The notes under the pieces: model-generated
What the model was told of the DNA's origin: nothing
Databases searched by the model: none
Seen by the model: only the letters and a program-made list of their open reading frames with translations
DNA from: Ptychomitrium polyphyllum
Lineage: Eukaryota
Assembly (NCBI GenBank): GCA_973851085.1
Contig: OZ316775.1
Location: forward strand, 5,890,001-5,954,000
DNA: 64,000 bases
Direction: 5' to 3'
Part shown: piece after piece, positions 43,301 to 56,862 of the stretch
Numbering within the stretch: position 1 is the first letter of the stretch
How the letters are laid out: every line of letters starts with the position of its first letter
Program-made: the position numbers and the translations under genes

Positions 43301-46300
43301 AATAGCAAACCATTCATAGATCTTGGAAAATAAAAACAATACCTTAATAAAAATAGAATAAATAACAACAATATGTAGATTCTTATAGCTATATTTTTGA
43401 AATAGAAAATTTGAAGGATTATATTGTGATAATAGACGAAGTTAAAGATAGCATGCATATCAAATGTTGTTAATTTCATATCTATAAATTTAGATAAGTT
43501 CCATATTTAACTTTTATTTTTCCCTTGTGAAGATTTGATTTAGTAAACAATTATTTTAAATCCGTTATTGTGTGTCCAAGAAGGTTGTGGTACCTTAATT
43601 ATATTATATCTTTTTACAATAAAACATTCATATCCTATAGATTACAAGGGCCCATACGTTCAAAAAAATTCCATGAAAATATTATGAATATTAGTTTTAA
43701 TTATAAAAGTATTTTACTTCAGTTTTCTCAAATTCAATGTCATGAATATCATATATTTTCTGTAATAATTAACAAGATTCTTTTAGTGTAATGGTTGCAT
43801 TAACCAAGATGTACACATGAAACTAGTGCTAGTATGAATGATTTACCATATTTTCTTATACTTTGATTTTGGAAAAGTCCATTGTTATGAAATGTTATGA
43901 AATACCTCAAATAACATTAAGGGAATAAGCAGAAGTGAGAATGATTGTAGCTAACTTCATATTTGGCTAAAGTTGGAATCTAACCTGCCTCCGTTGCATG
44001 AGACTTGCTAGAATATCACTGTAGACTTAATACTTAATATGTTTGTTGGAGTAGTAGTGGAGTGGAATTTGGAGATTACCAATTATCCCATGGTTGGAAG
44101 GAAGGTAAGCCAAACTTATTTGAGAATGTTACAAACTATTTGTTCAGCCAGCCAGAGACAAAAGATCATTTCCACCAAAATGGAGATTTGCTCTGTTTTG
44201 CACAGGAGGGTAGAAAACGACAGTTTCTCTGTACAAACTGATGAAGAATGAAACTGGAAATAAAACCTGCAGACCATCTTCTGCATGCTATCATCTGACG
44301 CCTTGCGCTTCTAGATAGTTAAATGTGAGCAACACCTCTGTATACCCCTTGCAGGGGAGCACAGGTAATAGCGGGGGAGAGTAACGACCCACATTTATCC
44401 TAGGGAATGTGTTTTGCATCCACTGTAACTATGAGTCTGTGAATGCAAGCATTTGGCCACACAAGATCACATAGTACATGAATTTTGTTCACTAAATTTG
44501 AATTAGCCCATCATGGACAACACATATCATTGCAACCTTACAACTGAGTCAGGACTTAACCAGAGAACCCAGGTAGACGATAGCACAGAACCTGGCATTT
44601 TCTAAGGAAAACATTACAACACACCTTGCCCACATGAAAACCCAGGTGGGTTTCATGCAGAAGGCCAATGTGTTCCCCATGCAAAGGGTGTTCCCGAAAA
44701 AGAAGAACTAGAACGAAATTAAAAGAATATAAATAGATGGAAATGCTCCACTTGTTCTTATGACTGCTCTCCTCGTTCCAGTGGACGTTCTCCTCGTTCC
44801 AATGCCTCCTGTCCTGACTCAACAAGAATAGGACCACAGACATGCTCTAGAGAATAGTTAAAGTCAATTGAAATGTTTTTGAATCTTCTTTTTAAAGGAC
44901 AGTTCCTTTTGTTGTTCTGAAATGTTATGTCCATAATGAATCCATATGAATATTTGAATTGAAGAAGAGCTCTAAAAATGTGTAAAAACCTCAAATTTAT
45001 GATACCTTCTATGATGCACTTGACATTGAAAAATTGCAAAGCTACAACATATGAATGTATCCAATTAAATGCATAACACTCTACAATGGAAAAAATATTA
45101 TTCCAACTTGAAACTACCTTATTAAAATGTTAGCAATTTTTTTGGTTGTATCAACACCCTAACACATTATTTTAATACTATATTAATTTGTGGAAGGAAG
45201 AAGATATGTGTGCAATTAATTGATGAACTTAACACAAAGTAATAAAAGGTTTTAGATTTAGAACCTTATCAATTCTATATAAGATTCATGCAATGCAACA
45301 TTAATTCCTACTTGGTTTTGTTATACCTTTATATAGGTCTTTCTAATTTGTTTCAAAAAATTATGATTTTATTAAATTAATCCATTTAATTAAATTGTTT
45401 GGCTTGATTACATTTCATTAACCAGTTAAAAAAATTATCAAGGAATCAATTAATAATTAATATTTAAAAGTTCCAAAGTGATTTCTAGGTAACAAGCTAG
45501 TTAATTTTTCATCTAAAAAACTTTAATTAAAATAATTTGGTATGGAATTTGTTTTTAAATTAAAAAATTCATGAAAACGACTTTGGAATTGTAAATTGAT
45601 TTTCATTGTTATCAAGAATAATTGTCTTTTAATATTTATACTTTGATAATTAATATAAGAATACCATATATCATCTTTTATAATAAGGTTTTAATCTATT
45701 GATTAAAATTGAAATTTAATCATATGAATATTATCTGTATTTCTTTAACTTATTAAAGTTGAAATACTGAATTTATACTTAAAAATAGTAAATATATTAA
45801 TTTCTAAGACATACATATAAAATTATAATATGTAAATAATATCCATTATTTCAATGAAGCTTGTTAAAAAAAAAAGTAATTTATGCCAATTAAAATTTAA
45901 AGACATGCAATGTAGAATTTGACTAATGCTTAGGCATTTTTGTAAGTATTTGCTTCGAATTAGAACATTAATTATTTAATTTCTTGAATTCATACTTAAT
46001 TTCTTTTAATATTACAAGCAACTTTTGAATCAATAACTTAATATTTTGACAAAAAACTCATGTTATAAAAAATAGATTATAAAATAGTAAAATTGATTTA
46101 TAAAATCAAAAAGGTTTGAAGAATAATTAATTTTTGCCAAATTAATTTGAAACTTGGTTTTTTTTAGAATCTATAAACATAATTAATTTTTTAATTAATT
46201 TAAAAAAAAATGCACTAATATTTTTAAAAACATTTTTAATATTATTTAATATCATATAATCAAATATATAATATTCTATTAGTTCTTAAATAAAACATGG

Positions 46301-47813
46301 AATATAATATTCCATAGGATTTATAAATAATTTAAAGAACTATCATTTAATAATTGCTTTTAAAATATATTGTATTGTTGTAAAGTTATCCCCGTTATGA
46401 AATGTTATTTTTTTTGTATTAAAACAGAAAATGATGTTTTGTTATATTTGTACAAACTAATCACATTTGAAATTATAATGATTGCAAATCTACAATTAAA
46501 GAATTTAAAATAAATTGTATTTTTGATAACACCCAATATGTATGGTGCTTTTCAATTCAACAAATTAGGAAGAAAACAACTACAAACCAAGTTCTATTGC
46601 TTCCTTCTTTGTGCACTTCATTTACTAAAATCCAAACCTTATTTATTTAAAAGTTCTAAATTAATTATTTTTTTAAAAATAAACAACAAACATCATCAAA
46701 ATCTTCTATAATTGAGCCATTTGTATCTCTATTAGAATTAGCACAAAGATTTGTAATGGATGTTTTGTGTTGATTATACACCATATTTTGCACTTAGAAT
46801 GTTTTAGATTTTTCTAAGAAATTTTCAACTATTTATGAAATTCAAAGTTTTAAAACTTCAAATAATAACCAAATTTGTGGCTCAAATTCTACATGAAAAC
46901 AAGAATTACTATTCAATTGCTTAACATACATATATATGGAAAAAAATACCATTTCACATATAAAACATGACGAAAAAATCATAAGTTTAACCATGTTTAA
47001 TGAAATCGGAGTTTGTAACATTAAGCATGGATGAACTTGGAACATGATCCAGCATAATAAAAGAATAGAATACTCCCGCCTTCTGTAAGAACTAAAATTT
47101 ACCAAACATTGTCCACAGTTGCAGTACTTGGCTAGATGCTCTACTGTTAATAGTGGTGCGGGGTCAACTGCCTAAAGAAAGGTAAATTATGCAGTTACGG
47201 TAAGCGTGCTTCGTCTGAAATAATCAGCAAATGGTCTAATCTGAACTTAACAAAACCAGGGTGCGACTTACTGTTCCTTTTTGTTTCAAAAATCAACGGA
47301 CCCAAGCATCTGGAACGGACGGATGCACGCTTTTTCATTTTTGGCGAATAAAAAATTTGGGCAACGCCAGGACTCCATGTCAACTGCTATATTTCAGCAG
47401 CCCCCGGACAAAACGTGGGGGCCGAGTTTCCTGCCCTCGAGGCCAACCCGGATAAGTTAATGGAACCCGAAACCAGATGAAAACACGGGACCAGAGCATG
47501 GACGGCACGATTCCGTGGATGGCAGTTGCAGACGGCTCGCACAACAAACAAACAGCGTTAGCAACAGTGCACTGAGCTGTGAGCTGCGACGGTGGATTCA
47601 AGCGTTCGGATTTTACTTCGGAAGTGGACTCGGTGGGTGCACAGGGGCGGAATCATGGCAGCAAGGAAACGGTCGGACCTACCACAGCCATCCACGCCTG
47701 CCCAGGCAAAGGCTGCAGTGTAGTTTCAAGCGCCTGCATGCAGGGACGGAACTAAAGACGGTCTCATTGCAAGGCAAGGCCGTCGCCCCTTTCCGGGAAA
47801 ATGCTCCATTGCT

Positions 47814-47820
47814 TATATAA
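47814..47820 (+). promoter_or_regulatory. Candidate TATA box of the HD-Zip gene
   Basis: TATATAA followed by an exon-like leader, a GT donor at 47990 and a TGCAG acceptor at 48839 upstream of the ATG. Confidence 0.5.
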
Positions 47821-48948
47821 AGCCTGCCTTGCTCTGCTGCAGCCCACACAGAGAGTTGATTCCACTGCCTACAGTGGCAGAGAATCCAGCTCACTTGTGT
47901 GGCCTCCGTCTGCATGGACGTCCAAGACTTAACCAAACCAAAGCAAACCAAACCAAACCAACGTTTTGCTTGCTCCATCACCATTTAAGGTATAGTATTA
48001 ACATGCTCCATTGTCGACCTACATTGCAGTGGATCGTCGACGCCAGCTCTGGTATGTTGTGCTAGTATGTTGACGTTACAGTAGAGTGTGTTAGCCTTCG
48101 ACTCTGTTTTCCTGACTGCTGGCTAGAATCTGTACAGCGGGTACAAGTTGGCAGCGGTTGGGGGGTTCACATTGTGCTGGGAGCATCAAAGTCGCAATGA
48201 GGTTGGACAGAAGCGTGTGCACGATCATCACTGGGTTAGAATTGGAGGGGAGAGAGTTGGAGTGTGTGTGTGCGCGCGCGTGCGTGTTTGAGTATATTAT
48301 TTGATGCTTTGAAGAATGCAGAGTGTGGCATATTCAACACTCTATATTCTCGTCTGTTGATGTGGAGAACTCTCTCAGCTTGAATTTCGATTGTCAAAAT
48401 TGCGGCTTGGATCTTGCATTTCTGTCACTGGCGCACTAAATGGCTTGGTTAGTTCCGGTGTCGGTGGCTAGGATCGATCGTCTCCGTGGATCCAATCAAA
48501 GGTTAGGTCCTTGTTGCGCGGATCAGTATGAACAGGTTGTCTAGAGACGTATAGGACTAGCGAAACGCCTCGCAGGAGCACCAGCAGCTGCTATGTATGC
48601 CTGCTTGCGAGTGCCACTTTTTTTCCCACACTTTTCTAGTTTTCGGTTGCACATCCTAGTTCATTCACGCAGTGTGATGATCTCGCACTTTAGACCACCC
48701 TCGTAGCTCACGCATTCGCCGTGAATGCGCAGGAAACCTCCAACTGTAGCTTATGCAAACCCTTGTTAAAATTGATCGCTTGATCAGCGCCTACAAATCA
48801 ATCAACTCATTGACACGGTTTTCCATGGCGCCTGTGCAGGGTGAGGATCGCTTCAGCAGCGGCATGAAACTCACGCCGTTCCGTTACTAAAGCGGTTACG
48901 GGAGACCGTCGCTTCACTGTCTCTTGTGGAAATTCAAACCAGCGCGAG

Positions 48949-50299
48949 ATGGCAATGCCCACAATGGGAGGACCCTACACGAGTGGGGCACAGATGGCCA
49001 CTGCCACCACCAACAACACCAACACTGTGGGTATAATGATGATGCACCATCGCAACGAGAGCAGCGCTGATTCGTTGGTGGCAATGCTCGCGCCGCATGT
49101 GGGCCTACAAGGTAAGCGTCCACTCGGCCCCACCCTAAGCTCACCCAAATTGTGTGCCAACCCTACCCTGGCTCTGATTTTCTCCTCGGATGGGCATGTT
49201 TTTCCTTTTCCAAGGTAGGGCCTAAAGTGGAAATGGGGGATTCACGTGCACGGCCGGCAAGAAGAAAGGCTGATATGTAAGTGGTTGTTGTTTGTAGGAG
49301 GGGGTGGAGGGTTAGAGGAGACGGTGCGGGTGCAAGGAGGAGCGAGTGGGCAGAAGCGGGCGTTCTATGCAACGTACGAGGGGCCGACGGTGGAGGATGG
49401 GACGGAGTTGGAGGGAGAGCTCGAAGGTGGCGAGGATTGCTTCGCGGGAAGCTCCCATTTGGAGAAGAAACGGCGACTGACGTTCGATCAGGTGCGGTCG
49501 CTGGAGAAGAATTTCGAGATGGAGAACAAGTTGGAGCCGGAGCGGAAAATGCAGCTGGCGAAGGAGCTCCGGTTGCGCCCGCGGCAAGTCGCGGTGTGGT
49601 TCCAGAACCGGCGCGCGAGGTGGAAGACAAAGCAGTTGGAGCGCGATTACGAGACGCTGGCGCAGGACTACAAGCGCCTCAAGGTGGATTACGACCAAGT
49701 GTTGGGCGAGAAAAACAATCTGAGAGCAGAGGTAAGACCAGTCTCTTCACAAAGAACCATCGTCCATCATTGCTCTGTTTTTTCTACCATCTTTCGAGTA
49801 CGTGCTCATCGTGTCCTCTTAATCTTTTTTGCAGCTTCAGCGTCTGTCTGGTGAGTCAACCCCCGGCGATGTCAACCACGACGGAGACTCGTCTCCGCAA
49901 CCCGGTACTCAGAGCGCCAACTCTGCCCAGGATGACGTCCACCGCGCAAGGTCCTCACCCACCGTGGACGTCTCTCTCGCGTGTGGGAAGGAGAACAACG
50001 GGGAGAACTCCAGCGGAAGCTCCAACTCCAGCGATGTCCTGGACGCGGAGAGCCCGCGCACCACCGATAGCAGCAGCCTCTCCCCGACCTCGGACCGCAA
50101 CGAGGACTCGCCCTTTTTGGACTCCTCCTTCCCGCCCGAGTGCTCTTTCATGGTCCCGGATGTCCACGACGCCGCCACCATTAAGCTGGAAGACCCCAAT
50201 TCCGCCACAACCTCCGTCTTCCCTGAAGACAACTCGTGTAATTACCTCCTGCAGCTGGATGACCAAAGCGTCGTCCTGCCGTGGTGGGACTGGCCATGA
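48949..50299 (+). CDS. Class I homeodomain-leucine zipper transcription factor, 3 exons, ~353 aa
   Basis: Exons 48949-49111, 49298-49731, 49835-50299, in phase. [19 protein letters not shown]...[21 protein letters not shown] followed by a leucine zipper, and a C-terminal acidic/aromatic LPWWDWP (AHA-type) motif. Confidence 0.96.
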
Positions 50300-53200
50300 A
50301 CTGCGTGGTTTCTCCCATGTACATAACCATCTGCATATCAGGGCTAAGATTTCACCTCAATTTTCATCGCCAGAGGAGTCCGCTGTAACATGCCATATAC
50401 AATCGCCATAGCCACTACACTACAGGAGCTCAACCAACCAACCAACACAGACACACGTAGACACAGACTAGTCGATGAAGTTGTTGTACATTTGCTGAGA
50501 GGGCGACGATGAAGTTGGGGCTTTAGATCGATCATCGTAAAGAGTTCATGTTAACAGCAATGGAACAGTTAAGTTCGCCGGACCTTGAGACCGTTGTTCA
50601 ATGAAATTGATAATTAGGGAGCATTCATGTACGCATGGTTTGCACAGCAGCTGATCTTCTTTAGTTTCAAATAAAACAAACCATCGCTGTTGTTTCGAGG
50701 TGGATTGAGTAAACCAATTTTAGATAAATTATCGAAGGCCCGAGCTGCTTGTCTTTGCAGCTATGAAGCTCTTCTTTCTCCGGAATAAAGACGCATTGGA
50801 TTTCGATATTAATTATTCTTGTCCATGCTCTGTTTTGGAGGAATGTTTTTCTGTGTGTGTTTTGTGTGGGCGTTGTGTTCTCGTGGGCAAATTGACAGAG
50901 CTTTGTTTCAGTCTTAGTTCAGGAGTTAGAATTTCTAGAGAAGAACAGTGAACTAAAAATTTCGCGGAGGTCATGCATGATGCATCATCTACAGAATTTT
51001 TTTGGGGTATGGGAACAGCTGCTACGAATTTTTCATAAATGAAACTGATGGCGAAGCTCAGTTTTCAGATGATCGAATTCAGGACAAATTAGACTAAGTA
51101 GCTTCTGTAAGTAGTACAGTACCTTTTGTAATCAGCCAATTAATTCCTCACACATTTTGGTCTCAGCTGTGGAGGGCTGTTCCTTCATCTCTTTTTTGGC
51201 ACAATAATTTTCTCTCCTTTTCTTTGTTGAACTTTTGGACTGCCCCGTGCCATGAATAATGACATCTGTGATTCTCCTTGTGTATCAGATAGTGTAGCTC
51301 AACGCTTTTAGTACACACCAAGCAGATGACAGGACACAACTGCTAGGTATAGTTCACAAGAGTGCAACTGGCTGATTGTACAGCAAAAAACCGTAATGAA
51401 AGTTCACAAACTCAATTCTACTTTAAAACGTGGATCACCACATAGCGAATTCTTCCAGTTGTAAAGAAAGGATGGCATGACAGGCAGAATACCTAATAAT
51501 TCAAGGAAGAAAACAAAGAGGTGTGGAGGAGGATTATATAGAAAGTCCAAGGAGCACGATGGCATGATTTGGATGCATAGCAATGAATACATAAAGTCGA
51601 TTAAATTAAGAATACTACAACAGAAGGGGGCGCGCTATTCATTACCATACGCTAATCGCGGATTACTTAAACACAAAATACTGAAAACATGAATTTTCAT
51701 TTATGGATGTTATGTAGCAATCTTTTTTATTTCTTTTCAAAATGAGACCCTCCAACCCAAATTTAATGAAGAACACCCCTTAGGCGGGTCGAGAACTAAT
51801 GTCCTATAATGTGAGGTGTCATGTATGGCCCACATGTATGGCCTGCACTATCCGGATTCGCTGTATAGAGGTGATTAACGTGCCCCTAAGTGAACCTGTC
51901 CACGTTCAGAGGAAGTGGAAGAAACATTCAACGAAGACCAACCTACATACTAGAACAGTATTGTAGATCATTTGAGTAGAAAAGGCAGCAATCCATAGCT
52001 CTAGTGGATTCGCTCCGACCGTTGGGATCAAGTATCACCGGCCAGAGGAATGCAGCACAGGCAGCTGCCACTAGGATTCAAGGATTCATCATTTGGCCTT
52101 GAAAGCTGGCCAGACTCGTGGGGACCAAAGCGAAATTGGGTGGGCCTGGCGAATAGGGACCCCAGTGCAAGTACAGGTTCAACCATATTCTTGGAGATGC
52201 GCACACGAATATGTGAATCACTGCTGCAGGACTCAGCAGCTTGGAAGTTGATGCTCTTCAGGCTGGGATTGTCAAAGTACACATTATCAACATAGTCCTC
52301 CTAAATATCTTGCTTGAGTTGCATGTTGTGCCAGTGATGAACACCTTAACCTCGGAGGTGACACAGAATTGACTCGGTCAGAGTCCTAGCCACGAATTTT
52401 AATTACAGTCATATAGAATTTTAATTATAGTTATATAGAAATTAAAATTATTGGTGTAAAAATCCGTTTCTAGGTGAGTTATGATACTCGTTTACCTTGG
52501 AACTTCTCGGTCTTCCTTGCGTACACTTTGCTATCTCCCGTACTCTGTTACGCTGCAGACTCGCAGCTGCACAGGCTTTTTCGGAATGTTGTATTCTGCT
52601 TCTATTTGGGACCATATCCAGTTTGGTGGTCTGCTTCATCCGGTTTGTCTTGTACTTTTAATCTGAATGCAGTAGAAATCAAATAACGATAGGATAGAAC
52701 ATTTAAAACCGTATGTAATTCAATTATTTTGAAGTTGAAACTGTTACCTTTCGTGACCAACTGCTGGATTATTTCATGTGGGCCAACATGAATATCTAAA
52801 GAGATCTTTGAAGCTGAGCAGTCCTCTTCTCGTCTTGTATGGTTGCTTTCAGGATGAAATAATATATGTCATTTGTGTCAAAACAAAAGAGAAATGAAAT
52901 ATCTTTGACACAATTTCAGATGGAGAAAGGTGCATGTTGGTGTGTTCAATTATTTTCAGGATTTCCAAGAGTCGGGTTATAACGATTCTTCAACTTTCGA
53001 CAGTATCAGGTGTTTGGTGCTTGGAACAGACGAAGAGGTACTTGTTGAAACAACTCTCTCCTTCTTGATTCGCTCAAATAAGACCTTAAATATTAAAGAT
53101 TCCTTTGTTTTTCCAGATTGTCACATGCCAGATATAAACATTCACAGCACTGGAGACCTGGGCAAAAAACAGGCTGTTGGGCAAGACGATCTGTTATGAG

Positions 53201-53913
53201 AGACGTGTGTTACAGTCTAGAAGCTGTTATGTAAAGTACACAGTATCGCAATTTTTTTTACAATTCAGGAATTAATACTCGGGGCTTTGTACCATGTTGG
53301 ATGAGTTCGGCACCAATTTTTGAGGAGTCTAATGCTCGCCAAATTAATTTCTGAGAATGAAATTTCTTCTCCTGTGTACCTTCGCCGGAGCCGACTCACG
53401 TGGAGCCTGACCCCAAACCTGTATAGTAAATGCACGATCTTTGAAGCACGAATCATGATGGCAGCATACGCCGATTACTGTCCATTAGCGATAATGATAC
53501 AGTGTGAGCAGGAACTATAGCAAGAACACTAGTCCAAAGTTAGGGACTATATTCAAGTTGACAGAAATCGCTCAACTATATAAACTGAACAACAGTCCTA
53601 TCAAGATTAGCCATTTACTATTGCCACATTACCCCTTGGTCCACTTGGCACTTCTTGTTCCCGCCGCGTGCCTTTGGCTCGGGAAGTTGCCAATAGCTAA
53701 CTTACACACCCCCACCTCGAGCCATAGCTCGATGCTCAGCACAGAAAACCCGTACTTCTGAAAGGCCATGTGGGAAGTTCGATCATAACCACTACGATAG
53801 AATTCACTTCTGTTTGCTTTAAGCAAGAAAGTTGTGTGAAACAAAAGATCCTGATTTTTCCCAAAACTTCCCTAATACAATGCAGCCTAAAATCAATGTC
53901 TCCGAGTACCTCC

Positions 53914-55094
53914 TCAATCAATATGTGCGTCGCTGTGGCCGATATCAGCATCGGTCAAGTTCAGTTCTGCCATCTGCTGCTCAACAGGAACTATTCCAAT
54001 TTCCGATATGAACCTGCTCATCCCCACTTTGGAATCTTAGTTCTAGGAGGCAAAGGCGACTGATGTAGATGTAACCACCTCAAAAGACAATTTCTTACAG
54101 CACGATGTCATGGGGCTATATTTTGAACACATGAGGACTCTCTTAAGTGAGACCTGTTTCCACCTCCAGAGTTTCTTCCTGTGGACTTGGTGTATACTTA
54201 GTAGATATTCTCACCAATACATACTACACACTACATACAAATGTTCAGACGAATCAACTCAAAAAGAAAAAGAAAACCCCGACTCTCACCCTGCGAACAC
54301 GAACCATAGGGATCGAGGGAACAACAAATCAAAGCCAGAAATCAAGTACTATCTTCTCTGCGAAATCTGGAGAAATCAATTCCAGTTATTGATGTAATCA
54401 ATAGCATGGTAGGCGGAAAAATAAGCGATGACTTACCAGTTAAGGAGGAGGAACAGAATAATGGCCACCATTAAGAGCACCAGCACATGCAACAGCGGTC
54501 CAAAACCTGAAATATTGCTCGCCACTGCCAGCATGCACAAGAGGGATGCAGCCAGGGCAAGTAATACTATCCGCAAAAACGTCCATGTTGGTGCCTGCAT
54601 GAGAGGGCAGCAAGAAACAGTTAAGGATAAATGCAAACCCATGTAAATCATAGCCCAAATTATGCCTAAGTACCAGCGACTAAATTGACCTGAGAGTTTC
54701 TGGTGGTCTCCATCAATTCTTTCTCACTTCTTCAGATACAGATTCATTCTCACTTCTTCAGATACAGATTCATGGTTCATCTATCGAAGCTTCGAGGACG
54801 CTTCTCTTCAACATTACAAGGATTAATCGATTCACAAACTCCAAAATGTTATGCTGAATCCGAGACATGTCAATTTCCTCCGCAGCGGGAGAATAGTTAA
54901 TATCCTAAATCCTAAACAGGCTTCTTCTAACCGCTGACAGGATCCACATTCCAAAACACAATAAGAAGAAACGATATGCTTACGTTAACGCCTTGTGCCA
55001 AAGCTCCCAGCAGCACAGCTTCACCAGCAGTTTGCCTTGTTGGAGGCTCCTTCTCCAAACCCCTCTCCACCAAACTCTCTGGACCCCCTGACAT
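53914..55094 (-). CDS. Small two-TM membrane protein, 122 aa, Pkr1-like (putative ER V-ATPase assembly factor family)
   Basis: Exons 55094-54984, 54594-54437, 54013-53914 with GT-AG and matching phases. Product: MSGGPESL...AVLLGALAQGVNAPTWTFLRIVLLALAASLLCMLAV...LLHVLVLLMVAIILFLLLNWFISEIGIVPVEQQMAELNL...AHID*. The family call rests on recalled motif similarity (PGV..PT, HxxxL, NWFI.E). Confidence 0.8.
54721..54772. repeat. Perfect 26-bp tandem duplication in intron 1 of the Pkr1-like gene
   Basis: TTCTCACTTCTTCAGATACAGATTCA x2. Confidence 0.95.
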
Positions 55095-56061
55095 TCTTTC
55101 AGCAACCCTAATTCCCCTCACAGCTGACAACAATTCCTCTACTGACCAAATTGCAGCAGAAAACCCACTGAATAATCACAGAACTTCTCCGATTCATCGA
55201 ACGACAACTCGAATCACAAAAACTGGATTACCAATCTCTCGAGTCTTGATGATTTACAAAACCCCTAACACTTGTGGTAACCTCCAGCCCTCGCTCCCAA
55301 GACATCAATAGTTCCAGAAACTTGTGAGAAATCTCACTGATGTGCCCCGCTGAGTATCAAAAAACATCAGCAAGTGTATCACCGAGCTCTCAACCCTAGT
55401 TCTTCACACCCCAAAATCATACAAATGTGCTCCAATGCCAAACCACGAAAATACATATAACCTCAAATACCATCGCCAATTGAACATCAAATTTTCCTCA
55501 TAACCCCAATCCAGACACATAACAGAAGCAAACCCACTCACTGTTCTATTTATTGAATCCTAGCGGACGATCAAATGGAAACAGTGCAGTTGATTCTCGC
55601 AACTGGAAAAGAAAAAGTTACACCGAACTCCACAATCAGCCAAACATCATCAGAGAAAAAGCCCAATGCAGATGGTCGCCCAACGCCAAAGTTACAATCG
55701 ATCCACAAGCTGATCCTACTCTACAAGACCATCGGCATGAGTTAATCAACCCCTCAAACATGCCGACGAGTTTGTCAATCTGCAAGCCATCAAAACTGAA
55801 GAAAGTGAAAGAAGGAAAAAGTAACGTTGACCAGAAACGAGTCAACTGCAGGGTTTGCTTCATTCGATCCGTCCAACGGCCACCCTCGGCGAAGACTCTC
55901 AGGCGAGTCTCTGTGTCGATTTCTCCTGAGTAGATTTCGCCGAAGATTCACTTGCGCGCAGGCTCGACACTTTTCCACTGATCTGTCGCAGCCGCAGATT
56001 AAGTTCGAGTTTGCAGCTCCGGTGAGTCTTAAATTTGAGGATCTTCCTTGCAGTTCCGTCC

Positions 56062-56167
56062 AGCAATCAAGGAACCTTGGGTCGGACTCTCCTGAAAGAT
56101 ACAAAGCCTGAGATCGAACTGATCATCAACCTTTCAGGAGAGAAAGACCCAAAGGCCTTTGAGTGCT
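56062..56167 (-). ncRNA. Hairpin 1, 5p arm CCUUUGGGUCUUUCUCUCCUG (56155-56135)
   Basis: Arms AGCAATCAAGGAACCTTGGGTCGGACTCTCCTGAAAG and CTTTCAGGAGAGAAAGACCCAAAGGCCTTTGAGTGCT. Confidence 0.8.
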
Positions 56168-56259
56168 CAACTCAGTGCCGCTTCAGTGAAGTTCTACGCG
56201 CGTTTGTCTTCAAGAAATTTAGGGTAGGCGTCGTCGTTGCATGTAGGTTAGTTCAGTCA

Positions 56260-56361
56260 AGCAATCAAAGGAGCTTGGGTTCGATCTCTCCTGAAAGATA
56301 CTAAGTCTAAGATGGATTATCAATCCTTCAGGAGAGAAAGACCCAAAGACCCTTGGTTGCT
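56260..56361 (-). ncRNA. Hairpin 2, 5p arm UCUUUGGGUCUUUCUCUCCUG (56349-56329)
   Basis: Arms AGCAATCAAAGGAGCTTGGGTTCGATCTCTCCTGAA and TTCAGGAGAGAAAGACCCAAAGACCCTTGGTTGCT. Confidence 0.8.
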
Positions 56362-56454
56362 CAACCAACGTTGAAATTTCAGCTGCAGATTGAAGTTTTG
56401 GTGCTGCAAAGGGTAGACATCTAGGGTAGACATCGTCGTCGTCGAACTTCAGTC

Positions 56455-56563
56455 CAGCAATCAAAGGATCTTGGGTCGACCTCTCCTGAAGTATCTAGAT
56501 TCATAGCCTGGAATGGGCCGGGATGTTTTCAGGAGAGAAAGACCCAAAGACCTCTGATTGCTG
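56455..56563 (-). ncRNA. Hairpin 3, 5p arm UCUUUGGGUCUUUCUCUCCUG (56550-56530)
   Basis: Arms CAGCAATCAAAGGATCTTGGGTCGACCTCTCCTGAA and TTCAGGAGAGAAAGACCCAAAGACCTCTGATTGCTG. Confidence 0.85.
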
Positions 56564-56757
56564 AACACAATGTCACTTCAGCGATGAACTTCACCAGTAA
56601 AGATGCTGGAAATTTGAACTCGCCCGAGGATTAGCTGCCTGCCATATTCACAAGCTTGGCACTAACATAGTTTTCTAATCTAAAACACCTACAGATTGAG
56701 TATGAATTTGCATCTCCGCGAGTCTTGAATTTTAGGGTCTTCGTTGCAATTCGGCCA

Positions 56758-56862
56758 AGCAATCAAAGGACCTTGGGTCGGACTCTCCTGAAAGTTACAA
56801 AGCTGAGATGAATCATATCTTCAACCCTTCAGGAGAGAAAGACCCAAAGGCCCTTGGTTGCT
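56758..56862 (-). ncRNA. Hairpin 4, 5p arm CCUUUGGGUCUUUCUCUCCUG (56850-56830)
   Basis: Arms AGCAATCAAAGGACCTTGGGTCGGACTCTCCTGAA and TTCAGGAGAGAAAGACCCAAAGGCCCTTGGTTGCT. Confidence 0.8.

Noticed and set aside
44900..47050. Very AT-rich tract with short ORFs
   Set aside because: No termini, TSD or protein motif recognised; probably old TE debris.
49281..50411. 376-aa alternative-frame ORF and antisense ORFs over the HD-Zip gene
   Set aside because: Shadow ORFs caused by high GC3; low-complexity translation that runs through introns.
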